A stretch of 63,333 bases of DNA, filler included, from Folioceros fuciformis (taxonomy: Eukaryota), in NCBI GenBank assembly GCA_049999805.1. It is 15 parts of 15 records of this genome, joined end to end, with 100 filler letters (N's around TTAATTAATTAA, not from the genome) between each part and the next. Parts side by side here need not be neighbours in the genome. Positions count along the whole stretch, not along the records: positions 32,347 to 38,851 come from JBNGIO010001756.1; positions 38,952 to 40,732 come from JBNGIO010001757.1; positions 40,833 to 48,251 come from JBNGIO010001758.1; positions 48,352 to 55,300 come from JBNGIO010001759.1; 11 more parts are not named here. One strand, written 5' to 3'. A model generated the notes under the pieces. It was not told where the DNA came from, searched no databases, and saw nothing but the letters and a program-made list of their open reading frames with translations. Both the position numbers and the translations under genes were made by a program. Below are positions 38,104 to 50,801 of the stretch, one piece after another. Within the stretch, counting starts at the first letter, position 1, and each line of letters opens with the position of its first letter.

Positions 38104-38851
38104 TGAAGGGTTATTAAAGCCTAATGTGATTAGACTAATGTGTTTAGTCTAAGATTAGTGTCTAGTTAAGTATCATTAGTTTAGATTAGCTTAGGCTAAT
38201 CTGTAGGAAGCTTCTTGCGCAGCTTCCTGTGCGCTTCTTGTGAAGCTTCGTAGGGAGCTCTTCTAGAGGGTATGAATACCCCCTTGAGCTCCCTTGCTAT
38301 TGAGACTCTGTGTGAGAGTGTGACCTCTCTTTCTCCTCTCCTCCTTGCCTCTTCCTCTCGTCTCCTTCACCATGCTTCTCTATCGATCCTTCAAGTGGTA
38401 TCAGAGCTAGGGTGTGGAGCAAGATGGTAGTGTCTGTTGTAGGTGCTACGGACAAAGGTGCAAGGCCCTGAGGATAGACATTTTGGAGGAACCCCGGGAG
38501 CTCATGGAGCTAGGAGCGCAAGGCGCCGGGAGCTTGGGGAGCTAGGAATGCGGGGCGCTGGGCACCAGCTACGGGAGCAGGAGCCAGGCCTGGCCGCCGG
38601 GGTGTGGTTAGGTCGTTTAAGCCGCGAGGAGGGGCATCAGGCCCTAGGCCGAGACGCCAGGCCTGGAGGCAGCCCGGCTGCCTACGGGCGTGGCTAACCT
38701 GGAAGGATGGGGAGCCCGCCCACCCAGGTGCCGGCCAAGGCCACCCCGGGCAAGGTACTAGGCCGAGCCTGGAGGCAGCCCGAGCCGGGCCGGAGGCGTG
38801 TAGCCTGCGGGGTGGCAGGCCCCCGGCCAGCGGGCACCGCCAGGCCCGGCC
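38104..38851 (+). mobile_element. 5' LTR (38104-38393, 290 bp), tRNA-Met PBS (38396-38407) and GC-rich leader
   Basis: TGAAGG...CCTTCA followed by agTGGTATCAGAGC; homologous copies at 14668 and 48641. Confidence 0.9.
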
Positions 38852-38951
38852 NNNNNNNNNNNNNNNNNNNNNNNNNNNNNNNNNNNNNNNNNNNNTTAAT
38901 TAATTAANNNNNNNNNNNNNNNNNNNNNNNNNNNNNNNNNNNNNNNNNNNN

Positions 38952-39941
38952 CTAAATAAGTGGCTGGTGATAGCCGGCTAGGCTAGTGGTCCTATTAAAA
39001 TAATATTTCTCAAGTTAGAGAGAGGTGAAGTCAGAGAGAGAGAGAGGCTCCTATAAGATCAGGTGAACCTGTAGGAGGAAGGAGTCATTCACTTTGGGAG
39101 TCAGTTTGTCCCTTCGTGAGCTCTTGGAGGTCCTGAGGACTCTTTACGAGCTCTTGTGGTATGTCCCTGCTTGGTCTAAGACCTGCAGTGTGTTGCCGGC
39201 TGTGCAACGTCTGGTAGGATCGCAAGCCGCGTGTTGCCGGCTGTATAGTGTCTGGTAGGATTCAAGCAGCGTGTTGCCGGCTGTACGGTGTCTGGTAGGA
39301 TCGCGGGCAGCGTGTTGTCGGTTGTATAGTGTCTGGTAGGATCACAAGGTGTAATGACCAGGGGAAGGGGCTTCCCCCTAGCTCTTGATTGTAAAGGATT
39401 TGTCTTTCTCTCGACCTTTCCACTCTTGTTCCTTGCTTGGATAAGTGCTGTAGGCCGGCCATGTCTCATGGCGTCTGGTAAGGTTGTGGGGGGGAGATAC
39501 CCGAGAGGGGAGTGTGTTCCCTTCTTTCTTTTCTTTGGGGTTAGTCTAGTGACTCTTGCCGGGTAGGAGGAGTCAGTAGGGAAGTGTAGAAGGTAGTGGT
39601 GTCATTGTTAGTTGCTGGTGTTGGTGTTGGAGTGAGAGAGTGAGGGAAGTTGCAGATCTAAGAGGTTAGGGTCGTTGTAGTGACTAGAGTGAGTTTGTGG
39701 GCACCAAGAGAGGTCCAGCTGACCGCCAGATAGCGAGGCCTGTCCTATGTCTAATCGAAGCTGGAGGGCAGCCCTCGAATCCATCATCGAGTCGATCAAG
39801 TCCGACCCTCCATCCACAGTAGCAAGGAACCCCATCGCTCCTTCGTGGGAACAAAACCCAATGTCTCAACGACAGTGGGATAAGTGTGGCCACTAAACGT
39901 GGAACCCGTTGGCAATCAGTGCCCGGGGTTTTGCCTCCATA
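38952..39941 (+). mobile_element. Athila-like Gypsy LTR, family A (third copy)
   Basis: Reverse-complement match to 28291-29125 including the internal ~41-bp repeats; ends gcctccata. Confidence 0.85.
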
Positions 39942-41609
39942 GGTAACATTGCCAGGAGCGGACCTGGGAAGGTTTAGGTTCGGTACCAGTCCAGAGGGTT
40001 GGGAAAGTTTGAGTCTAGGTCTGTGATTAGTTTAATATTAATTAAAAATATATAATATTAAATGATTATATAATAATATAAAATAATAAAATAAGGGTTT
40101 AACATAGGAACGGGTATCTGGGTATGTCAGGGGTCAGGGTCTGACAATAGGCTGGCTGATTGCTTGGCTGGCATGAACGGCCATGGAGGCCATGCCCTAG
40201 CTAGAGCTAGAGACAGGGGTTGCGGCCATCCCCATCCCTTTTCCCCCTTTCTCCCTTCCGCCTCGATTCCCTTCTTGCCCCCTCTTCTTCTTCTTCTTCC
40301 CCTTCCCTCTCATCTCCCTTCCCATTTTTTGTGCCTCTTCTTCTTTGGATCTAGATTGCAGGCAGGAGGAGGGATCGACGGGTGATGAGATCGAATGTGT
40401 GCAGGAGAGGAGGCTGAGGCGAGCTGCAGGATTCGGCTGATGCAGGGCCAGACCTGCCCCCGTCTTCTTCCCGATTTCTTTTCCCATCCCTCTCCTGCCT
40501 TGTCCCGATTTCCTTCCCAATCTACAGCCCCGTTGCTAGATTTACCTTGCTCTCCTGCCCATTTTCCCCAATCCCGCTGCCATCTCCCCTCGCCACAGGC
40601 TGATCTAGCCTCTTGCCCTTCTCATTTCTCCCCCCACGTCCCCTCCTCCTTGCCCCGCAGCCAGACCTCTTTCCCCTCGTTGTCCGCTGATCTGCCCTTC
40701 CTCCTCCGCTGCTGTCCTGCTTCCCCTTCCCCNNNNNNNNNNNNNNNNNNNNNNNNNNNNNNNNNNNNNNNNNNNNTTAATTAATTAANNNNNNNNNNNN
40801 NNNNNNNNNNNNNNNNNNNNNNNNNNNNNNNNGCTTCTATGTGTCGTGCTTTTCGTTTCTTGTCGGTCACAGCTTGCCCATCTGTTCTTCTAGATGGCAG
40901 CCTCTACATCCCTTAAACTTGAGCATCCCACCCAAGCTGGCACACATGCCTTGATAAAATTGCAAATATGCATTGGAGGTATAATGTCGATGTTCCATGG
41001 TTCTTGATTTCAAACATTTTCTTCAGGATGCGCTAGTCTGCTGGCGCACTCTCTCTTAGGCCTATGCATTTTTCTAACATGAATATATCTTATTAATAAC
41101 AATAATGTATACAAGAGTGGGAAATGGTGTAAGCTTCTATAAGGTGTAAGGATCTGCAAGCTTTGCTCCTTGAATCCTGAATCTGAATCACACTTCCTCT
41201 TTTATTGTCCTGCCTATGCCGATATTCAGTCTCGTTACTCTCTTCTTTTTTAGTGTGCCGGCTTCTCGCTGCACAGATTTTTTTCTTTCTACATTCCTAG
41301 GCTCTCTGGACTATGCCTCTTTGAGCTTCTTGATCTTCGGCAGTCCTTGTTGGACTCCTTGTAGTCTTTGCCTTCTTTTTTATTTCCCTCATACAAGTAT
41401 TACTTCTCTAGTTTAGACGTACATAAGTGTACTTGGTTTTTAAACCTCTTTTACGCTATACTATCTCTGTCCCATGATGGTTCTTCCATCCTTTGCGGAC
41501 ATAAATAAAGTTTTTGTTGTTGTTTGTGTAGTGGTTGATATTGTTTGCTTAGAATGAGAGGTTTTGTGTTCAATCTTTGACTCTACAAACTTAGCAAATG
41601 AAATTAAAT

Positions 41610-42410
41610 TTTGGACCTTTATTTTTAATCAAGAAAAATTCTTAAAAATACTTACTTAACAGCATGAGTGCGCTAGTCTACCAGCGTATTGTAACATTTG
41701 CTTCATTTTCAATCAAGTAAACTTTCTTAAATATATTGATTTAACTGTTGGATTGTACCAGTAGACCGACATACCCGTACTTGAAAACTTCATTTCCAAT
41801 CAAGAAAACTTTTTTAAATATACCCACTTAACTGCAGGAGTACACCGGTTTATTAAAAACTTCATTTTCAATCAAGAAAACTTCTTAAACATACATTCTT
41901 AACTGCAGGAGTGTGCCGGTCTACCAGAGCACCTACACTTGAAAACTTCATTTTCAATCAAGAAAACATTTTTAAAGATACCTTCTTAACTGCAGGAGTG
42001 CTAGGCCTACCAATGCACCTGCACTTCAAAACTTCATTTTCCACCAAGAAAACTTTCTTAAACATACTGACTTAATTTTAGGGGTGCGCCAGTCTACCGG
42101 CACTCCCGCACTTGAAAACTTTATTTTTAATCAAGAAAACTTTCTTAAACGTATGCACTTAACTCCAGGAGTGCTCCGGTCTACCGGCGCACCTCTATTT
42201 GAAAAACTTCATTTTCAATCAAGAAAAATTTCTTAAACATACACACTTAACTGTAAGAGTGAGCCGGTCTACAAAGCACTCGCATTTGAAAACTTCATTT
42301 CTAATCAAGGAAGCTTTCTTAAACATACTCCTGTAGATGTACGCAGGTACGCAGGTCTACCGGTGCACCCATACTGTAGGAGTGTGCTAGTAGACCGACG
42401 CACATGGCGT
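41610..42410. repeat. ~86-bp tandem array (~9 units), each with a GC-rich palindrome
   Basis: aaaacttcattttcaatcaagaaaac recurs at ~41856, 41942, 42028, 42115, 42203, 42289; core gtgYgccggtCTaccggcgcac. Confidence 0.88.
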
Positions 42411-42550
42411 ACATTAATAACTTCATTCAAAGCAAAATATTACATATCTACTTTTTATTGATGTATCAAAATAAGCCAATAAAATTTCATAGAATAAAGG
42501 CTATATTACTAAAGACTGTATTAATAGGCCATGGATGGTATTGGATAATT

Positions 42551-42720
42551 AAAGACATAGCCCATAAATCTAACTAAAGACATAGCTCATAGATCTAACT
42601 AAAGACATAGTCCGTAGATCTAATTAAAGACATAGCCCATACATCTAACTAAAGACATAATCCATAGATCTAACTAAAGACATAGCCCATAGATCTAATT
42701 AAAGACATAGCCCATAGATC
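42551..42720. repeat. 7x25-bp minisatellite
   Basis: aaagacatagcccatagatctaact units at exact 25-bp spacing. Confidence 0.93.
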
Positions 42721-44001
42721 CAAGGTAAACAGTTACGTTTATGACCATACTAATTATAAGATAGGTCCATGTGTTTTAAATCAAACTTTTTATAAAATTA
42801 TAAGATAGGTCCAAGTGACCATAATAATTATAAATATTTAAATATAAAATTAAATAATTATTAATATTAAACCGAACCTTTTATGAAGGAACATCAGTCA
42901 AAAAAAATAGGGAACGGAGGCTGAGGACCGGACTCGTGAAGAATCTTCGATCCTAGGTTTTTTTTTAACACGTACGAGCACTGAGCTTGGGACGAGGCCA
43001 AACTGACAATGGTCAGGATGCAAGCTCGGAACGAGACTGGCCATCGCTCACTCCTGCACTTCAAATATGAATATTCTTCAAGTAATGAAGTACTGGGCAG
43101 CGACCACTGAAGCAGGCCCACACATGCTCACTTCATGGTAGTGAGTGGAAGGTGTGGGAAAAGACTGGTGACGACGCACGATTGGAATGGGAATGAGACG
43201 GGACATCGGTCACTTTCACTTTAGAAACATGATAGTAATTATAATGAAGTGGTGAACGACAACCACAGAAGCAGTCAATTCTTGTTCACTTCGTGATCGG
43301 TAGCTAAACTATAGGTGGAATGTCACAACGGTGGGCACTGAGCGCATGGCAAGGACGTTGAATGCCTGGTGCAGGCCTCCCATTGAAGGCCATTCATCGC
43401 CCCATTCCATCCAAGCAATATCGATCCCAGGCCATCGACTGGGCTACAACAATCCGCTCGATCTCCGTCACTTGGACATCGGTCCGCTGGACAGAAGATG
43501 GCAGGTGCGCCAGGCGCAACGCCGGGTGCTCGAACTGCCGATCCACCATGCACACGAATGACAACGCCGCCTCTCAAAACTGGTGAAGACTCTCTGGTTT
43601 TCAACGCAGGATTGATGACATTTGTTGTGGATCATCTTTCATTTGTTGTGGTTCATCTTTCATTTGTTGTGGTCTACTGTATTCGAATACAACCAGTGCA
43701 CTCCGCTGCATATACTAAAGGCGCTCCCTCAATTTTCGCCTTCAGTTTTTTCTCTTGAACTCTCAAGAATTTGAATCAAATTCACAAGGACAGCAGCAAA
43801 AAACGTTTTTCCGTAAATGACAACTTCCGGTGCACTCAGCGTGCGACCGACTGCTCCCAGGGAAGCGTTGGCCGTACCCCAGGCCGATGAAATGGCCACA
43901 TTGATAAGCTGTGGCAGGTGCAACACTTTGGATGCAACGCCTCCCGTGTCACGAAGTGTTTCGCGTTGAACATTGTCCTTTAGAACAGGCCAGAACAATC
44001 T

Positions 44002-46998
44002 TTAGTGTACCGTAGCCCGGTCGTTTATTAAAATTGTGGACGCACGACTCAGACCCAAATCCCCCAAAGTTTCCATGTCGTCATTTAATGGGAAGGGAAA
44101 TGGAGTGTCCTGCAAAAAATCGTAGAAAATATTTTCAAGTTATGGCATGAGACGGGGTTGGCTTTACGAACAGCTTTCTCGTTCTCACTTACTTCATCAG
44201 CTAAGAACAAGCACTGCTCCTGCACTTTAATCTTGAATATTCCTTCACACAGAAGCTTAAGTTTGCCCACCTGCCACCCAACTGCCAGGGTCAGCGAGTT
44301 CACAAAAAAACCGACGAGGGTCACCTGTCTCCTTCATTACCTACACAAATGACGGTAAAAACTTAGACTAACCGTAGTTGAAGCAGGCAGCTTCTTACTG
44401 ACTGGTGCCTTCTCTCCCACACTTGGCGCCACACAATGAATTGAAACGGCTGCACCACAGAGAACGTCAGCAAAACTGGATTCTGGTCAACTGCAGGTTC
44501 CAACGCGTTCAAATCAAGCCGCCAGCTGTGCCTACGGGGTGTGGTTGGCGTATGTACGTAGAAGGGAAGCTCCTAATTTCTTAGATGCAGTGGAACCACC
44601 AACATGCACCGTCTCGACAGGAATATCGTGAAAAACTCTCAAGAATGTGAACCTGTAGAAAAAGGGTGCTCCAAGGTCAGCAATGAATCCACTCACTAGA
44701 TCAAAACAGCATACAGGAATGGTTTGCACCTAGGATGGCTCTCACAAATCGCTGCTTCATTGAACGGCGGCGAGGTACTGACAACGTGACGCACATATCT
44801 GCAAAGAGAAAACCGCTGACCTTCAACAATACTGTAATGATGTAGCCAACGATTCCCCTACGACCAGGGGAAGGACAGTACCTTATTTCCGAATCCTTCC
44901 GTTCCCGTGGCTTCACCTAAAACACGAGGACAGTCAGTCAGACTTTGTTTCAGGTAAAATCCGATAGACTAACCCAATCTGATATCATGACACACCTCAC
45001 TTCCGTTTAGACACGTAATCTTGCTCAACCGAGCTATGATCATGAAGCGAGCATAGTCACCAGCAGCATCAACAACTGGATTCCCTGTGAACCTCACGTC
45101 CTGTAACACACATCGAACCATTAAAAGCCATGTCCTGGGAAACGGCTGCCTCACTAGTGATCACCTCCCAAGAATGATAAATTTGCGTACATGAAAGTAC
45201 GTAGAGAAAAAATTATGTAAACTAACAAATACCTTGAGCTGGGGTAAACAGTCCAGAGCATCGATACTAGACCAGTCGGTCAAGTTGTTCTTGGCTGCAG
45301 GGGAAACACAAATTTTGGTCACCACATGCCCATAAATAAACATGAAACTCCCTCTACAGGCAGATAAAAGCTTTATCTTGTACCGAGGAGTAAAGCCTCC
45401 AAGTTTGCGAAGTGGGGTGCACTGCTTATCCTTTCCTGGTCAAGACACTGGCCAGCATTTGCGCCGGGAGCGACAGGAAATCGTATATTTTGGATCCTGT
45501 TCCCACTTAGATGCAACTGCTTGAGGCTGCGACGTAGCCACAAAACATGAGCAGCCCGCCTTTGAGCATATACTCAACTTAAAAAGAAAGCAGGGGAAAC
45601 CACCTCTTGAGCCCAGATAGCTTCATGATCTCCTCCCAGCTGTCTATGATGTTATCTTCCAAATTAAGAAGAAGCAGAGATTCAAAACCTTGCACGAGGT
45701 GTTCAGAAAACGAGCCAGACCCAGCTCCCTCATCCTTTTCTACAGGCTATGATGGATGGTTAGAGAAAATACACGTAGACCTCAAGTCACATCAGGATGA
45801 TACAAAATCGCATGAAAACAGAACCAAACATGTCATCACTTCAAGCACCTCTATCAGCCGTATGAGGTTCCCGGCTAGATGTAAATCCTCTATCTGAGGT
45901 ACGGAAACCTTAATCATCTCCACCTGCATAGTGCACCAGAGACATATCACCAAGCATAATTTCACCTTGGCAAAGATGACTGAAATTCCGGCCAAAACAC
46001 AGCAAAGGTTCGGGGCCCTACGTGCTTCCAATTGAGTCTGCAACTGTTAAGCACAAGTGTCTTCAAGTTTGCAAGCACAGGCAAGGGAGGTGGTCCCATG
46101 TGTATTCTGCTGTTGCTGAGATCAAGAACACTCAGACATGGCAGCTCATCACAGATCCGTCCCACTTCCTGGCCAGCCGCAATGCACAGCATTCAGCCAA
46201 ATATGGTGCTTCAGTCAACAAGACGAGGACAATTGAGGATACTCAAGGACACTTGACGACAGGAGACGTTCGCTCACATTCCAGTCAGGCAACAGATTGC
46301 CACTCAAATCCAGCTCCCTGATGTCTGCAGGTCATCAGACGAACATCAGCGAAAGAACCTGACTTAGCTCGTCCACGCACCCCAGTTTGCACCTTACTTG
46401 GAGCGCTCGCACGCAACTCCCCGGGAGGTCCAGCGGAGCGGACTCCAGAATACATGAGCATCGCTGAAACGAGTACCTCTAGCTGCTTCTGCCTCTCTTC
46501 AATTTTTTCCAGTCCTACAAACTGCACCGCAACTCGTCTCTGCCGCACTGACACGACATACATCTCCTCTACATCCCAAAGCACGGGCTGAGCAGCAAGA
46601 ATGAGAGAAAACGTTGCGCCTCCAACACCCTTGCCATCAATCCACACCTCACCATTATCCAATTCAGCGGACGACGACTTGTAGCGGGCGGTGAGAGCTC
46701 CCAACATGCTCACTCCACCATTGATAACGTAGGGCCTCACAAACGTCCCTGACTGCTCCCAGGTGGTGTCAAAGTAATGCACACCATTGACAGTGCCATT
46801 GTGGCGGCCCTTGCCACTGTCCCAGTCCACTCCCACCCAAACGCCCTGGTATCCAGCTACAGGCCCGATGTACTTGACTGTGCCAACTTGCATGTTTTTC
46901 TCTACTGAGCTCGCAACCTGCACCCGCTGGCCCAAAACAAAGCCGGTGGTGGAAGCAGGGTTTGCAGGAGCAGCCGCTGAGTTCTCCCGCCCCTCCAT
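44002..46998 (-). CDS. TBCE: Tubulin-folding cofactor E (PFIFFERLING ortholog), multi-exon
   Basis: CAP-Gly domain (GTVKYIGPVAGYQGVWVGVDWDSGKGRHNGTVNGVHYF), LRRs (LDLSGNLLPDW, LHLAGNLI, LLLNLEDNIIDSW), ARFMIIARLSKITCLNGSEV, RERKDSEIRY, C-terminal UBL (KKLPASTTVGKLKLLCE); stop at 44002-44004. Confidence 0.92.
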
Positions 46999-47617
46999 AC
47001 CGGATCCCTGTCATGACTAGCTCTATTTTCAATGGAATCAGACCAGAGCAGGACAAACCTCCGCACAAGGTTCATCCATTCGCCAACCACGAGAACATGG
47101 CCACAGAGTACTGCTTACCTCCACTGCAGTCCCAGTGCGGAATTCCAGATCGCACGCAACTCGGACATCGGCCAAGCACGAGCTTTCATTAGGGCGTATC
47201 CAACTCGTGGACCGTTAGCTTACTTGACACACACTTTGATTTCACAACTAGGCAAACTGAGGATACACCAAAACAACAATCAATACCTCTTCCAAATCGC
47301 CACGCCCTTACAAGCTCGCTCGACCTACTCTGCTTGTGCTGTTATCTTTTGTGGGATACATGAATATTTGAATATCTATGCTAGTGTTTTTCTTAACCTT
47401 ACGCTATGCAACTCAGATAGTCGGGTTTTTTATATATATTATTTTATATAATTTTAATTTATTATTATATACTATGATTCAAAAGATATACATTTGAACT
47501 CAAAACTTACACGGTGTTGCCTAGGCTCATTCAAACCATACATGATCCTTATCCAAATGTGAGTAGATTTTGTAAATATATATGTATTAAAACATGTTCC
47601 CATCTAGCACATTATCC

Positions 47618-48251
47618 CATCAGGGCACAACATTGCTTCTTGTGATGTAGTCCATCGGGGCACAACATTGCTACTTGTGATGTAGTCCAGGATGTCATAT
47701 TCTCAATGGATAGAGAATCTGTGTTCCTGGATGTCATGTTCTCAATGGTTAGAGAATTTGTGTTCCAGGATGTTATGTTCTCAATGGCTAGAGAATCTAT
47801 GTTCCAAGATGTCATGAAGGTATCAAGATGTCATGTTCTCTAGCGCGCTAGGCAACGTGGGTTTCTTCTGTGTAAAGAGTGTTTGTATCATATGTGTGAC
47901 AAGGTTTCACTTACAGCCAACCTTTTCTTTCCATCGTTAATGTGGATGTGATGGATCCCACTAGGGATTCGATTTGCGAGCATATTGATGATGAGAAAAA
48001 GTTTGTGTCGTCAATGTGAGGAAAAGTTTGTGTTGTTAATGTGGTTGCGATGCATCCTGCTAGGAGTTCAATTTGCGAGCATGTTGATGACGAGGAAACA
48101 AGTTTGTGTCGTTGATATGGTTGTGATGGATCTCATTGGATTTGTGAGCATATTGATGATGAGGAAACAAGTTTGTGTCGTTGATGTGGTTGTGATGGAT
48201 CTCATTGGATTTGTGAGCATATTGATGATGAGGAAACAAGTTTGTGTCGTT
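47618..48251. repeat. Cluster of minisatellites (2x35 bp, ~3.5x39 bp, ~2.5x69 bp)
   Basis: ccatcrgggcacaacattgct...; ggatgtcatgttctcaatgg.tagagaat...; gaggaaacaagtttgtgtcgttgat... at 48092, 48161, 48230. Confidence 0.85.
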
Positions 48252-48351
48252 NNNNNNNNNNNNNNNNNNNNNNNNNNNNNNNNNNNNNNNNNNNNTTAAT
48301 TAATTAANNNNNNNNNNNNNNNNNNNNNNNNNNNNNNNNNNNNNNNNNNNN

Positions 48352-48930
48352 TCGCCGGCCGGGACCAGCGCCCACTAGCCGGGCCGCACCTCAGGGGCCT
48401 GGCTATGCCGGAACCCCGAGGTCTCACGACGCCAATGGCCTAGGCGTCCGCCTCTTGCGGCGCCCTTCACCTGCGCCCTGTTGTGGCCTGTGCACACATG
48501 CTCCCGGTGCCCTTGGTCCCCGAGATGCCACATAGAGCCTTTGTTCACTCCGATGTAGCCATCCTCACAGCTGCGTTGCGCACCACCTTGTCCGGAGCAG
48601 CTACATCCCCATTGCTCCACATCCAGGCTCTGATACCACTTGTAGGATCGTTACAAGGAGCTACTTGGTGAAGGAGGAGAGGAGGAGATAGAGGAGAGGG
48701 GAAAGAGAGGTCACACTCTCACAATGAGTCTCAATATGCAAGGGAGCTCAAGGGAGTATTTATACCCTGTAGAAGAGCTCCCTAGGAAGCTTCACAAGAA
48801 GCGCACAAGAAGCTGCGCAAGAAGCTTCCTACAGATTAGCTTAAGCTAATCGAAACTAATGGTACTTAACTAGACACTAATCTTTGACTAACACATTAGT
48901 CTAAGTACATTGGGCTTTATTAACCCTACA
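48352..48930 (-). mobile_element. 5' LTR (48641-48930, 290 bp), tRNA-Met PBS (48627-48638) and GC-rich leader
   Basis: TGTAGG...CCTACA termini; gctctgatacca adjacent; homologous to 38104-38393. Confidence 0.9.
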
Positions 48931-48935
48931 AAAAG

Positions 48936-49261
48936 TCGGTAGGCGGAGGTACTGGGGCCCTTCCAAGTGAAGGAATGGTGCCTTCCTACCGACTCGACGT
49001 GTTGAAGGTATGTGCTAGGGAAAGTTAAATGTCGTAGGTGAACGATAAACACAGTTGGAGGGAGCTGAGGAGGCTTGGAGGAAAACTTGTTGGTTTACTT
49101 TTGGGAGACGAGCAGCTAGATTGTGGAGTTGAGGAAGGTGTCATAGGGAGCCTTGTGAGGAAAAGGTATTGAGTGTAGGGAGGTAGAAATCGGTAGGGGA
49201 GGTACTGGGGCCCTTCCAAGTGAAGGAATGGTGCCTACCTACTGACTGGACGTGTTGCAAG
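48936..49261. repeat. 72-bp direct repeat (48936-49007, 49190-49261)
   Basis: tcggtagg.ggaggtactggggcccttccaagtgaaggaatggtgcct.cctac twice. Confidence 0.8.
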
Positions 49262-49819
49262 ATTGGTAGGTACGTGATTGGAAGGGTTGACTATTGTAGG
49301 GGAACAATAGATGTAGCTGACCAGGCTCAGAGGGGAGCGATTCCGGGGAAGCCTACAACGACCGTGGGATTGATGTGGCCACGATACATGTAAGCGGGTG
49401 CCTGGTAGGGATACCACCCCGGCTTGCCCACATTAAGTATGGCACCATTTATAGGGAGAGAGCTCGTACTGCCTCCAACGTCAAACCGAGTTCAAAGGTT
49501 TACATCTTCCAACAACTGGAGATTTCCTTCACCTTCGTCCTAATGGCTAGTCTACTCGTCATGTTGAAGTTGTTTCTTGGTCTCAAGTGGTGACGACTTA
49601 TCTAAGCACTACAGATCACGCTTCTAATGCGCCAAAGGGTGTACAGGTACGGTGTCTTGCCTATCTTGGACTCCCACTCGTGATTATGAATACCACACTC
49701 CTTCGTAGTACTATATAGATCTATGTATGCAGTTGTTTATGGAAAAGCATCTTGACGAGCCACGCGTATGCTCATGTGGTGAGGGTAAGAAGAAGAGCCC
49801 CAAAATGCTTGAAGAACCG

Positions 49820-49923
49820 AAAGAGAAAAGTAGGAAAATCAAGAGAGATGCTGCGAAGGTAGAAGGGGAGATGTTCATGTTGTTTGAATGTAAGGATTAC
49901 TGGACAGTAAAGGAGTTGGACGC
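49820..49923 (+). pseudogene. Possible TFIIF-beta (RAP30) winged-helix-like fragment, cut by an LTR
   Basis: KSRKIKRDAAKVEGEMFMLFECKDYWTVKEL resembles KRTRRDRGEMEDIMFKLFERQPNWTLKQL as recalled. Short match only. Confidence 0.4.
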
Positions 49924-50801
49924 TGTGGAGTGATTTCTTGCACCCAAGAACCACCAAAGGGGCCACACTTTCCCTTATTGTCGTTGCAGTCTTATGATTG
50001 GCTCCCAAGGGAGTGAACTAGTGTCAAGGATTCCTACAATTGCCTAGTCTCACTTCTACCTATCAGCCGGTCTCTAGGCCTGACCACACTCCAGCAAAAA
50101 GGTTAGAATCCTAGCCTATCTTCAGCTCAACCCACAAATCTCACGCTCCATACTTCGATCCTTCAGCCCTTCATTATCCCCACTTCAGTCCGTCACTTCT
50201 TCACTTCAGTCATTCACCTTTCACTTCAGCTCACACTCCTGCACTTCGGCAATTCACACTTCACTTCCCCCTCCACTTCAGCTCACACTTCTCTTCAACT
50301 CAACCTTGGAATTTGGGATACAACGCCCTCACTTCTCGCAGTCTTCAAGCATGGGTGTGGATACTAGGACTGGATAGCCCTCCTGGCTCACGGTCCTGTC
50401 ACTTCACCTCCTCCAACCTGCAAAATAGTCAGCCATTGCGGATCCAGCCATACGGATCTCGGCAATCTTGGGATCCACCACGTCCCCCTAGTGGCAAGGG
50501 GAATCGAGTCCTTGGTTCAATCTCAACTGGCTCAGCACTCTAAGCCGGGGGTCTGCACACAAGGCCAAGGGAAATCACACCATAAGACTGCCCCCTCCTC
50601 AATGACAGGTCTGGCCTCTTATACTACCTTGGCCCAAACCTCCATCTCTATCTACTAGGGTTAGCCTTAGTCACCCGCCCAACAATCTCTTTCTGACCTA
50701 AGCCGCCCCTAACTTTGACCTAAACCTAACTCTGACCTAATCCTAACCCCATTCCGACCTAACCTAACCCCGACCTAAGAGGGATTGTGTCCCTTTTGAC
50801 A
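49924..50801 (-). mobile_element. Athila-like Gypsy LTR, family B (far end inferred at tttgaCA 50801)
   Basis: tgtggagtg..cttgcacccaagaaccaccaa.gggccacac is the reverse complement of the LTR ends at 58220 and 61943. The GC-rich low-complexity region to ~53600 may be internal sequence. Confidence 0.7.

Noticed and set aside
38104-38393. Retrozyme (hammerhead ribozyme) LTR
   Set aside because: Size and Met PBS fit, but no CTGANGA...GAAA core was found by eye.
41610-42410. CRISPR-like palindromic repeat-spacer array
   Set aside because: The linkers between hairpins are homologous to each other, so this is a tandem repeat.
50695-50780. Interstitial telomeric repeat
   Set aside because: Only degenerate cctaa/cctaac units within an LTR; no CCCTAAA run.
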